Source: Bigelowiella natans CCMP2755 (taxonomy: Eukaryota > Protista > Cercozoa). Taken from it: a stretch of 40,864 nucleotides of DNA. Under the pieces are notes generated by a model that was not told where the DNA came from, did no database searches, and saw nothing but the letters and a program-made list of their open reading frames with translations. Made by a program: the position numbers and the translations under genes. The DNA lies in NCBI GenBank assembly GCA_000320545.1, contig ADNK01001429.1, positions 1 to 40,864 of the forward strand, in the 5' to 3' direction. Position 1 is the first letter of the stretch; each line of letters begins with the position of its first letter. Shown here piece after piece: positions 23,475 to 35,765 of the stretch.

Positions 23475-25029
23475 ATGCCAATCAAAACCAAGCTTACTGA
23501 AGCATTAGGCATCGAACATCCACTCATTCAGGTCTTTCGTAATTTTCTTGTACTTTTTAATGTCATTCTGATGTCGTAGTGCGCTTGAATAGGGTGGAAT
23601 GCACTTCGTCGGGTATGCAGAGATGGCTGCTGCAGTGTCGAACGGAGGAGGTATGCTCATGAAGGACCATTAAGATCGATGTGGAATTGAAGAAACATTT
23701 TGTAAATTTCAGGTCTCGGAACTATCACTGCACTCACCCAGCCCAATGCCGAGGCTCTTCGCAAAGAAATACGGAAGTGCAAGGCTCTGACTAAGAAACC
23801 GTTCGCAGTAAATCTTACTCTTCTTCCTGTGGTGACGGCTCCCGACTATGGAAGCTTCGCAAAAGTCATCGTTGAGGAGGTAGTATTGCTGATGCTCTTT
23901 AGAGCAACCCCCCACCTTCACAGACTCTCAAACCGTTTGATCTCCCCACCTTTAGGGTGTCAAGATAGTAGAGACTGCCGGCAGAAACCCAAAGAAATTC
24001 ATTAAGTTCTTCAAGGAAAACGGATGCTATGTGATCCATAAGTGTGTCGCCATTCGCCATGCTCTGACAGCGCAACGACTTGGAGCTGACATGATTTCAA
24101 TGGACGGTTTTGAGTGCGGTGGGCATCCAGGTGAAGAAGACATTGGTAACTGGATTCTTCTGGCACAGGCTGCAAGAAAGCTCAAGATACCATTCGTAGC
24201 ATCTGGTGGTTGTGCAAACGGAGCACAGCTTGCTGCTGCTCTCGCTCTTGGAGCAGAGGGGATGAACATGGGCACACGCTTCATGGCGACCAAGGAGGCT
24301 CCCATTCGCCCCGAAATCAAGAAGGTATACATCATGCCATACTTGTAAAAATGAGCACGGCATCCAACTTCATTAATATTTCTTTTTACATGTATCAGGC
24401 CCTGGTTGAAGGGGATGAGAGGGCCACAACATTGGTATGAAAGTAACATAGAATTTATTGCCGAAACATTTGAGCGTATCCTCTAGCTAACGTACTTTTT
24501 TATTTCTATTAAATGCGAAGGTCATGCGTTCCGTGGGCAACACTGAGCGTGTCTATAAGAATAGTGCTGCGGAAAAAGTACGGGAAATTGAGGCTGAGAA
24601 CCCTGGGGATTTCATGGCATTCAGACATTTGGTTAACACTCGTCACTAGCCAGCCATCTATTTGCTGAATTGTTGCAAGTATTAAAACATATGTGACTCC
24701 TAATTCAATTTAGGTTCGTGGTGAAAACTACAGGAAATCATTCCAAGAAACCGGGGATACTAAAAGCTCTGTCTGGTCGTGTGGTCAGTCAATGGCTCTT
24801 ATTGATTCAGTACCCTCCTGCAAGGAATTGGTGAGTCTTGTCTTTTCCTATCTTTTCCTCTCTTCCTTCCTCCTCTTCTAACAAGGAATTTACGGTGATA
24901 GATCATCGTAATCTGTATTCAGATATGTCTTACTCAGCAGTAATTATTTAGATCGGAACTATCGTAAGCGATGCTGAGACTATCATTGCAAGAAGGCTCC
25001 AAAACATGGTGGTCAAGAGTAAATTGTAG
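23475..25029 (+). CDS. Nitronate monooxygenase (2-nitropropane dioxygenase-like FMN TIM-barrel), 8 exons, C-terminal PTS1
   Basis: [41 protein letters not shown]...KPFAVNLT...VETAG...HKCVAIRHA...DGFECGGHPG...IPFVASGG...LALGAEGMNMGTRFMATKE...WSCGQSMALIDSVPSCKEL-...VKSKL*. All introns are GT-AG and in phase. Confidence 0.95.
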
Positions 25030-25076
25030 CGCAAGTTGACTCAAAATTGATAGATAACCAAAAAATAGTTGTAGTG

Positions 25077-25112
<36 letters not shown>

Positions 25113-25605
25113 CTATTAGTACGGGATGTTAAAGTGCGCACCGCGACCGTAAGACATATAGTATGAGAGCATTTAAAGAGTGCTTGCATTGGCATGATAA
25201 AATGTCGATTTGTGTAATATTGTGCCATGCGCGTATATACGTAAACAACATAAATCCATGAGTAAAGCAAGTATAACAAGCGCATGTGAACGTGCGTGTC
25301 TGCACGTGACACCATGAAGGCTGCGCTGCGCACGACGCTGTCCTCATCATTTGCAGATCTCACTGCTGATGCCCTACAACGACAAGAGCTGATGTGAAAT
25401 CTATGATGCAGATGCCGCGCACCACTAATCGATGTGCTCAATGATCTCTAATGCCTTCATAGACGACGCGCAGTAATAAAGGATCATCGATAATAGATAA
25501 TTGTGGGATGTACGTGTTTTAAGCCCAAGTAATAATAACACTTAAAAGCTATGATAAACACTAGAAGATTGATCATCTTCACATGTCAAGCTCTTCAAAT
25601 TATAT

Positions 25606-26052
25606 TCACACCCACACAATCTTCTCTTGTGATAACACCGGGCACGTGGCAGCACTCGAAACGCTTAGACGATGACGAAACCTTTTTTCACGATAATCAA
25701 CGACCACTCTATCATCGTCGGTGCCCCGAATTAGGTTGGATGCAGTCCAGTCAAAATTGGTGTCATCTTCAATCATCACTCTAGAGCTACAACAAGAGCT
25801 ACGACTATGAGAAAGTGGTGAGATCTCGCAATGATCTTCTTCCCTGCTCGCTGAAAATTTGGCTTCAATCGTCTCGGGCCACAACTCTTCGTCCTTGTCC
25901 CTTGTATTCAGGTGAAACTTTCGCAGCTCATGTTCCAGTGTTCGAACCTTATTCCGCAAGCGTTGGTTAGCTGCCAGGCATTGCTTAATGTCCTTGTCCG
26001 TCAAGGTTCCAAGGTTGCCTTCGCATTCTGAAGAAAGGTGACAATTACCCAT
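25606..26052 (-). CDS. Hypothetical protein (probable last exon; short coiled coil); upstream exons to ~26450 unresolved
   Basis: 148-codon non-repetitive ORF with the heptad-like segment CLAANQRLRNKVRTLEHELRKF. No recognisable family. Confidence 0.4.
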   Translation of the reverse strand: MGNCHLSSECEGNLGTLTDKDIKQCLAANQRLRNKVRTLEHELRKFHLNTRDKDEELWPETIEAKFSASREEDHCEISPLSHSRSSCCSSRVMIEDDTNFDWTASNLIRGTDDDRVVVDYREKRFRHRLSVSSAATCPVLSQEKIVWV

Positions 26053-26608
26053 TCTTTATCCCTTACCCGCTGCGCCGATTGAGCGATTGCGTGAGAGCAC
26101 GACGGGAGCAGTCTGACGTGGTTGTGCAAGGTAGAAATACTGCCCGTTCAAGGAATGCGCGGCAACTCAAATGCGTCGAACACAGGATGAGAAATGTCCG
26201 TCCTTTTCGCAAGCTCGGAACACACACACAGGGTGCTCGTCTGAATAGTGCTGATGGTATTTATTTCGGAAGAGAAATTTTGATGACGCTTCAGCAAGGA
26301 TGTCGTAAACCACGCGATCCCCTCGGATCGAAGCAAGTTTGGGTCAAGTTTACATGTCGCACGTGGAGTTTGCCGCCCACGGACCAACTTGTCGGCATGT
26401 TCGGAAAGAGATCGAATTTTCTTGTGCGACATGGCAATCGCCCTTCATTCTGAATTTCGTCCGCACCCTACAACAACCCACGGCCTGAGTCTCCCCCACC
26501 GGTACGTTCGCTTGCACCGAAAGTTGATCCAATCCTATTCGGGATCAGGGTGAAACAAAATTGATACAGTAGAAATCTCATCTATAGGATTGCTAATATA
26601 GGAGGAAA

Positions 26609-27237
26609 ATGATTCGGGGAGTATGGCAGTTGGAACGCCTCGTGATCAACTACTGTCGGACTCCTTGCAGCACAGGCGTCTAGTAATGGCGAATATTTCC
26701 TAACAACGCGTGTACTGTGTCTCTTATGGCGCTAACCACTGTTATTCATGACCATAACTATTTTTCGTGAAATATATGTTCAGTGAGCTGATGAAGGAGA
26801 AGAAAAGGATCCTCGACTTCGCGAAGGAAAATCCCCAGATCGAGGTTGTCACGAAGCTAAACCCTCAACGGATTCCCCATGTCGTCGGCACCTACGGTAA
26901 TGATGTTTTCGGCTGTAACACATTTCCACTCAAATTCTCACAATATGACCTATAATCATAGCCGGGAGCATTGATCACCAAGTCGGAATAAAGAACTCCA
27001 CGGCTGACGAAATTGTAGATGTGAGTGGCAGCAACCTTTTGATTCTTCTCAAGCATGTTTCTTGTGTGGCCGCTGAAATTCGTCCCTTAGGTTCTTTACA
27101 AATTGAGGAACAGAAGTGCAAGGGAAACTAGCTCCCTTGAGCACTGGGGGAAGCCACAGACGAAACATCCAAGTGTCCAAGGAATATGGACGCCGACTTG
27201 TGATCCAGATGCAATAATCGTGAAACGGAGGCAATGA
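26609..27237 (+). CDS. MRPL43: Mitochondrial large ribosomal subunit protein mL43 (L51/S25/CI-B8 fold), 4 exons
   Basis: MIRGVWQLERLVINYCRTPCSTGVY-ELMKEKKRILDFAKENPQIEV...PHVVGTY-AGSIDHQVGIKNSTADEIVD-VLYKLRNRS...KHPSVQGIWTP. The RGVWQL, FAKENP and PSxQGxW motifs are characteristic. Confidence 0.9.
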
Positions 27238-28108
27238 CATCAAACTTCAATGCTATAGAGCAGAGAATAACTGGATATCTCATTCATCAAGTAGATTAGA
27301 AAATTTAGGTAGATATCTGAAGGTAGGAGCGGTACACTGATACATTATTATTGCCCTGTGTATGTTTCATGTACGTCGCTGATGACTCCAAATAAACAAT
27401 GATATACATTTATCATGCTGGTGGCCATCATCGGCTGGTATTTAGTCACCTGATTATTCATACGTACTTAATAATGCATATTAGACGAATGAGCAATAAA
27501 TACGTCTAGACATGTTCGGCTTTATTATGCTGTTATTATATCGTGGAGCGTAGGAGGCTGTGTCTGTATAACTGTGTTTATTAACTCGAGAAAATTTGTA
27601 CTAGGCTCTCTAAATGTATATATTTTAAATATACATCAGTCGTTACACCATGCTAGCATGCGCTATGCGTCTAGCCGTACCAGCGTACTACTTATAGGTA
27701 TGAATGTAATAGTCACGCTATGTATATGGCTTATTAGCCATGTCTATTATAGCTGTACGTCATAAAGCTAGCAATTTAGTACGTATAAGCTCTTCTATTA
27801 GCGAGGAGAAGGTAGAGCTAGCTACATTATCTACACATGCTTCATTATAACTAGATATATACATACGTGCTTCCTCATTGCCCTGGCTATAGCTAGCGAC
27901 ATAAGCCTGTCATCGCACGCCACTGCTAATGATGGTAGCTCGTACAGCATTAATTTATCGGCCTCTATCCGATCCAGCGCGTGCAATAAAGCAATCTCAC
28001 ACAATTTGACGACGCACAAGCTAGCAAGGACTACCCTCTGTCAGCGTGCATTCTCTTGCTGTTATATTGATGCTATCAGCGTGTTTTTGCCTTTGACGCG
28101 TGGATCAA

Positions 28109-28354
28109 TTACGCCTGGTCGTCACGAAGTTGAGGCCGGTCTTTAAAGAACTCCTCAATGCTATTTCTAAGAGAAATGTTCGGAACCAACCGCCTATGGT
28201 CAAGAGGTAGTCCTGTCTGAGGAGACACGGGATGTTTGCCTTTCTTGCGCAGCCACTTTTGGATGGCGAGTCGTTCATAGGAGTAACCATCAGCTGTGAT
28301 GACGGGGTCCAGCATAATCTCGCATGTGATGGGGCACGTGAAGGAGGGCGGAAT
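28109..28354 (-). CDS. U-box domain exon (terminal exon)
   Basis: Canonical U-box pattern PxxFxCPITxExMxDPVxxxDGxSYERxAIxxWL...SPxT...L.PN..LR..I; CAG acceptor at 28355. Confidence 0.95.
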   Translation of the reverse strand: [81 protein letters not shown]

Positions 28355-31350
28355 CTGCGTTGAACGATGGAAAATTAGCTTTGTTGTTAGAAGAATGGGG
28401 AATCGATAGCTCGCTACTACAAGACGACGGGGATGTGTGTCATACAAAGCCGCAAGCAGGAGCTTGAGAGACAGAGAATAAGCACGCACACCCTTGCGAG
28501 CACCCCTCTAAAAAAAAGGAAAAACCCTTCTGCCCTCCCCACTATCATAAGTAGCACCTGCTGGTGAAGCCTCTCCTTATCCTCCTTCTCCCCCTCCTCT
28601 TGAGCGAGCTTCTGTAGCTTCCTAACAACGTTAGTCTCTTCCTCCTCTTCCGCTCATCAGCCGCGGCCTTCCTCTCGCCCCTTGCCGCCTCAACATGAAG
28701 GTCAAAAGCAGCGCGCTTGACCTCGAATGCCATTTTGGATTCCTCCAGATCCTCCTGCAATGACTGAAGCTACGACGGGGGGGGGGGGGGGACACGTTTG
28801 TGCAGCCGATATCAATATCACTAATACTTTTATGTAAGTATATAGACATATGGCGATGCTTAAGACAGCAAGTACAGATGAACCAGAAACACATCGAAAC
28901 CAGTCAACCCATTCTTCTCTTTCTCCTCCTCCTCTTCTCCTGTTGTTACTATTGCCACTGCTATCACTACAACTCCTATGACACAAAGAAGAAGAAGAAG
29001 AAGAAGAAGAAGAAGAAGAAGAAGGAAGAAAACCTCGCCCATTTTTGCCTTAATCGAGTAGTCTCTCTCCCTCAATTCCCGGGTTCGCTCAGTTGCATAT
29101 GCCTCTTCCTTTCGCCTCATTTCCTCAAGACCTTGCAGGACCAGGCCTATCTGCGACTCAACGCGCATCTTACTGAACTCGGCATCTTTCAGCATCGAAT
29201 CGGCCTTTTCTAGCGTCTTGAGAATAGCCATGACCATCTCACGTGCCTCCTCCTGCAGCTTTCTGGCAATCCCACGGCTGTGCTTCACGTGCGCCTTCTC
29301 CTTCTCCAGGTCCCTCTCATCGAGCTGCATTCTGGACGCCGTGACCGACAGCATCTTTGCCAGATCCGTTAGAGATGAGGGGCTAAGGCGACGTGAGGAT
29401 GACGATGATGCCTCCATGCGGCGGTGATGATGGGCAGCTCCATTGCTGCTGCTACGCTTGGCGCTGCCTCTCAAGCGGTCGGGAGATATCATCTTGCGGT
29501 TGTTAGCTTCGAACATGCCTTTAAGATCATCACTACCGCTACTACGCTTCTCAGCTCCGTCATCATGATTAATGCCACCGTCAGCAGCAGCATTATCATC
29601 ACCATTATTGTGGATGCTGCTCCCCCTCCTCGTCGTCGCCTTTTGTTGTTGCTGAGCTTGGTGATGACTATCACTGCCAATATCATCATTGTTCTCGTAG
29701 CGCTGCGGCAGCTTGCAGGCCTTATCGAGCTCCTCGGTCCTTGTCTTTAACCTGCATCGATGATAATGATGATGCTCACGTTTAACGGTGACGACGACAC
29801 AAAGGATCATCAAGCTGCAGCAGTCGGTGCGTGCCAAATGATGATGAAACACAGCAAAGGGGCTACAGAACGAAGCCCTCAGGGGATGTTGATGATGATA
29901 ATGATAATGATAATGATGATGATGATGATAATGATGATGATGATGATAATGATAATGATGATGATGATGATGATGGCTTTTGCGATGAGGATTAGAGTGA
30001 AGGATAGGAACAGGAGTGTTCTTCTTCTTTTTCTTCTTCTTTTACTACTACTACTACTGCTGCTGCTGCTACTACTACTATTCCCCTACTTCTGAAGCTG
30101 CCTTTTATGCTCCTCCAGAATCCTGTGGACTGCCGTCTAAGTGGCATAAGTAGTTAGCAGAATAACGACAGATCATCATCGCCACCACCATCATCATCAT
30201 CATCATTATTATTATTATTATTATTATTTCAGTGGATCGCATATGATTGCCGACTCTCCCTCGATTATTTGGCCGGCACAAAGTAGCACCCCCCCCCACC
30301 CCACCCCTCCTCCTCCGCCGCCCACTCTGCGTAGCACTAAAATTACCTGATGTTTTTGGAGGAGGGAATCGGCCTCCGAGAGACTCTTCAGCTCCTCTAG
30401 TCCTGGCACTTTCCTTGAGAAATATTCGAATTCCTGCATGGTGATGATGGTGGTGATGATGATGACGATGATGACGATGATGACGATGATGACGGTGAAA
30501 AGAATCATCAGAGGAAGAAGAAGAAGAAGATATCCATGAAACGCTCGACTTGAATATATGATGGACAGGCAGGTAGATGATACACTGATAGGTAGCAGAG
30601 AGGGGAGAACAGCTGCTCACACTCTACCCAAACCCCGCCCCCCCCTCTCCCTCTCCCTGTGTGTCTGTGGTTCATATCTCTGCTATGTTCCATCCCCCTT
30701 CCTTCCTTCTTAGCCGTGGGAATCTCGAGGTCTTCTACCATGACGAATGACTGTTTCTGGGCATTAGCGACGCTCTTCCACGATAACGGTGTTACAGGCA
30801 CGCCGTCGATGCTTACGAGTCGGTCCCCCTTCTCTAGCTTCAGAACGTCGATCTTATCCTGGAGATAGATTGGCGTGGGAGAAGGGGGGGGGGGGGGGGG
30901 AGATGGAACACGGGGGAAATTAAGCACAACAAGACTGGACAGACATCGTGTTGATGGTAAATGATGATGATGATGATGATGATCTCACTCACACGTAAAA
31001 CACAACGACACTACAGATTTCCCCCTTGCTCCCTACCACATCCACGACTCCCATATCTATGCTGCTGCTGCTGCTGCTACATCTCCTCATAATGTGAGTC
31101 GTCGGTGTGGGGGGGAAACACGTAATCACTGCCTTCAGATGCAGGAGCTTGTCAAAACGTGCAGAAATGATCTCGTTTATATGCTCGGATTTAACTCGAA
31201 TCTGCAAAGTGAAGAGGAGGAGGAGGAGGAGGAGGAGGAAGATACAGATAATGCAGGGTTCAGTGGTTTCCTACTGCTAGTAATAGCTTTAATGCGTATT
31301 CTGACGATTGAGAAATGGGCCGCCTCTCTTGAACAACGCCCCTTCCAAAA

Positions 31351-31388
<38 letters not shown>

Positions 31389-32298
31389 ACCCACTTATAC
31401 ACACTACTACAACTACTAATACTGTTGCTACTACTACTCTATCACCTTTTTTACTATGCTTGAATTTGCTGCTTTCAGGTTGGAAGAAGGCGAGAGTGAT
31501 GACGAGGAAGATGATGGCGGGTTCTTCTTCTTTTTCTTCTTATTCTTCTTCTTCTCGTCTGATGACTGATGATGAAGGAGATGCTCCTTGGCTGCGCTAC
31601 TACCACTACTACTTCGAATGCTACTATGGTGATGACTCCGGTTGATTTTTACCAACTCTCCTTTTCGCTCCTTGCTGCTACAACTACAACTACTTATCTC
31701 CTTCTTGTCGGTGATAGTACTCTTCGTCATCACCATCATGTGCCCTTTATCCGCTGCTGAGAGTAACGAGGGGTGAATCGTCGTCTTCTCTGCCTCCTCC
31801 TCCTCCTCCTCCTCCTCCTCTCTCCCGTCCTTGCTGTCGTTGGGAAGGAGAGAGGGGGGCAGCGGGGCGGGATATCCTGGAGAACGTAGCTTCGCTGAAG
31901 ACGGTGGACTTCTGCTAACGGCCACATCATCGTTACTGGTTCTTCTGCTCATCCTCTTCCTGCTGCTGCTGCTGCTGCTGCTTGTTGCATGGGTTGGCCC
32001 TCTTCTCTTTCTCTCTAGGAAAGAAGAAGGAGAAGAGGAAGAAGATGATGAAGAAGAAGCATCATCCTCCTCTCTCCAGGCTGCTGCTATTCTTTTCTTC
32101 CCGACCTTCCTTCGATGGCGGCGGTGTTTCTTATCCCCCTCCCCAGCAGGGAGGACAGTGGCAGTGTCGTTGCTAGTAGCACTCAGGATCAGGAACTCGA
32201 GCTCTTCATCCTCGTCATCCTCGTCGATGATCTTCTTGCCGTCGTCATCATCGCCATCTCCCAGCATCACGACACCCTCCAGGTTTTTGATTATCTAT

Positions 32299-32361
<63 letters not shown>

Positions 32362-33065
32362 GAGGAGGAGGAGGAGGAGAGAGAGGGAGAGGGAGAGAGA
32401 AACGCCGATTGTAGTAAGAACTTGTTGATTGGAAGAAAATACTCTGAATCAATCACAGATCGCGATCATCCGATACAAATCATCGCCTCCCCACGAATTA
32501 GCAGCAGCAGCATGAATGTCGATCCCTCAAAGCAGCAGCGCTGCTGCTGAAGAGATGTTTAGTAGTAGTAGTAGTAGTAGTAAAAGGAGTAGTAACAGTA
32601 GTAGTAGCACCCTGCGTTATTATTACAGCTTTTTGGCCGTCCGGCAAAAAACAACTGGAAGAACCACCAGCATTGTTGTTGCCGGTTCTCCAAATAATCA
32701 AACGGGGTTGAATCAACCACCACTACGATGGCGATGACGACGACGACGATGATGATGATGATGGTGATGATGATGATGATGATGATGACGGAATCAAGTC
32801 TAAACCGCTGCGTATGGCGGCCTATGTGTTCTCCTCATGCTACTACTGCGTAATACCGTTGCCGTATCTACGAGCTTCCTATACACTGCTGCGAGGAGAG
32901 CAAGCATCACCTTCAGGCCTCTTTTGCACACCTATTGCATCATCAGGAGGACGAGGAGGAGGAGGAGGAGGAGAGGGGGGGGAAGAATCGTCAAGAGGAT
33001 GCTCAAGAATAGTTCATCGCAACTGGGCAATGATGACAGCGAATACAACGGCAATGATTCTGAGT

Positions 33066-33097
<32 letters not shown>

Positions 33098-33814
33098 AAT
33101 GATGGTGATGATGGGAGAGAAAACAAATGCTCGTCTTCTTGTTGCATGGTGCTGCAGAATATAATAAAACCATCGCTCGCTTTGGGCGCTACTACAAACG
33201 CAACCACCAATCTCAAGATTATTGAGGATGATGATGGCCATAGCTGCCCCTCAAAACATTGTGCAGTGTTGTGCAATATACGTGTAGTATCTCTCATCGA
33301 CTCATCGCTCACATGCTTTGCCAATCTAGTCCTTACCGAATCGATCTCACGGCAACGGGAGAGGAACTTCTCTCCCAAGGGGAAGGCGCCATCATCACCA
33401 CCACCGTCATTACTGAGAAATGATGATAACAATAACTTTAATATAGAGAGTGGCGATTGATACTCCACGAATCAACATGAATTGGCAAGACGAGTAGGAA
33501 AATATATGAAGATAAGATGCTGTCGCTGCTGAGCGGTCAATACCCTTTTCCTTCTCCATCATCGTAATCCTCTTGACGAAGCCTTCTTTGCTGCCGTATC
33601 TTTCTCCTCTTCCTCAGAGTTGCAAGCTCATCCTCAAAGTGAATAGCGCGATTCCACTCGTTGTGAAGCCAGTGCTCGAATTCTTTCCGGTGGCAGTAGC
33701 AGCAGTAGCAGCAGCAGCAGTATTAGTCGAAGATAACTCATTATTACCATCTCTTCATCACCATCATCATCATCAGTAGCAGCAGCAGGCATGAGCCAGA
33801 GGAGCAGAATAAGT

Positions 33815-33853
<39 letters not shown>

Positions 33854-34658
33854 TTTTATACATTCTACTGCTACTATACCGCAGCACACCGTATAATACT
33901 ACCTTGACGAGCGTGTCGAAGCTTCTTGTTGTGCTTTTTCACTTTAATGCTCAGCTGTGAGGCATATTCCTGGGTTATCCTCCTCCTCCTCCTCCTCCTC
34001 CTCTTGCTCTTGCTCTTGCTCCTTCTCCGTATCTTCTGTCCCGCCTGGCCATCTTTTGCCCCATCCCCCCCCTCCACCTCTACCTCCTCTTCTTCCTTTG
34101 AGAGAATATTCTGACCGCTGCTCTTCTTCATCTTTGTCGCACCGTCTTCGCCGTCATGTAGCAGCATGTTGTGAACGTAGTAGCCCCCCTTTTTGTCCTC
34201 CTCTTGCTTCTGCTCTAATCCCCCCCCCCTTCCTGTCGGGGAGGAGCTGCTTTCGCGCTCGCCGTTTTTCTTCTGTTTCTTCTTTCTCTTTTTCTTTTTC
34301 TCTGTGCCCCCCCTCTCGCTCATGATTTTCGCCTTCTCCTCCTCCTCCTCCTCCTCCTCCTCCTCCTCCTCCTTCACCGTCATTCTCAAGATCTTCCTCC
34401 GATCCTGCCTCTTCTCCGGGGGGGTGACGATGTCCAACAACTTGCGAAGCTTCACGTACCTTTGCCAAGTAGCAACAACCAAAAGAAGAAGAAGAAGAAG
34501 AAGAAGAAGAAGAAGAAGAAGAAGAGAAACCATGACAACTAATAGGTGGGTTGTGGCGGTGGTGGTGGTGAGGAGGAAGCAGGGGGGGAGGAAGAGCTTT
34601 CCTTGATGTGTCACGTACGCTGACGACAAGAAACACCACAACGATAGAACCTCTTTAC

Positions 34659-34702
<44 letters not shown>

Positions 34703-35018
34703 CTCTCATCACTACAACTACAACTATTGCTACAACCACAACAACAACTTCTACTATTAACCCCTTATTGAGCAGCACGAATCCCTTCTTCATGTCCGAG
34801 GCTAAAGCTGCAGCGATTGCCACCTCACCGAGGCGCTGCCGTCGACTATCTGCTGTGAAAAGGACAGGAGGGGAGGGGGGCAGGAAAAACGATCACCACT
34901 ATTTGTCGCGCTCCTATTCCATATAAGTATTTAGTATGTATAATATATAAACCTCCTGTTGCTGCCCTCGTTAAGGTCATAAGAGCCTTCGTCTCCAGCG
35001 AGGGGAGATGTGTTTGCC

Positions 35019-35054
<36 letters not shown>

Positions 35055-35433
35055 GTTTACTTAATTACCACCACATCTCAATGCACGCACCAGACGGTGT
35101 GTGTGTGTGTGTGTGTGTGCTTCTTGTGCGCACATCTATATCAACGGGGGCAGAGACGACGACAGCTACGATGACAATGGTAGTATATGCGGTGATTATG
35201 ATGATGATGATGATGGTTCACACATCGGGTCTTACTTACGGTGTTTCTGGAAGATTTGATGGCAAAATCAGTAGTTGTTTGATGCTGCATCAAGGAGGGG
35301 GGGCTAGAAAAAGGGGAGGTGAGACACAATACCTAATTGCATCTCTGAGAACAAGGGCAGCACTGCATAAATCGCCGCATGTTGAAGTCTGCGTCAGTGC
35401 TCTGATTATACGTGCAATAACAATGAATATCAA

Positions 35434-35472
<39 letters not shown>

Positions 35473-35734
35473 ATGCTCTGATTATACATTCAAATAGCAA
35501 TAATTATAAACTGATTATTATACATCTAAAAAGGACAAGGTTCAACCACGAGATTTCATCATTATCGTCATCATTATCACCATCACTATCATCACCATCA
35601 ACTTCTTCCTCTATGCTACTGCTACTTCCCCACCTCTCTAGCTTTTCTTGATTTTTGAATTTTGCGGAGGAGATGACGTCATCATCGTCGATATCAGAAG
35701 AAACACCTTCGTCCTCATCGTCAACGCCATCAGT

Positions 35735-35765
<31 letters not shown>

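Noticed and set aside
10021-25029. Glutamine synthetase plus nitronate monooxygenase as a nitrogen gene cluster
   Set aside because: They are 12 kb apart, separated by unrelated MBD and THOC5 genes, with no nitrate/nitrite genes present.
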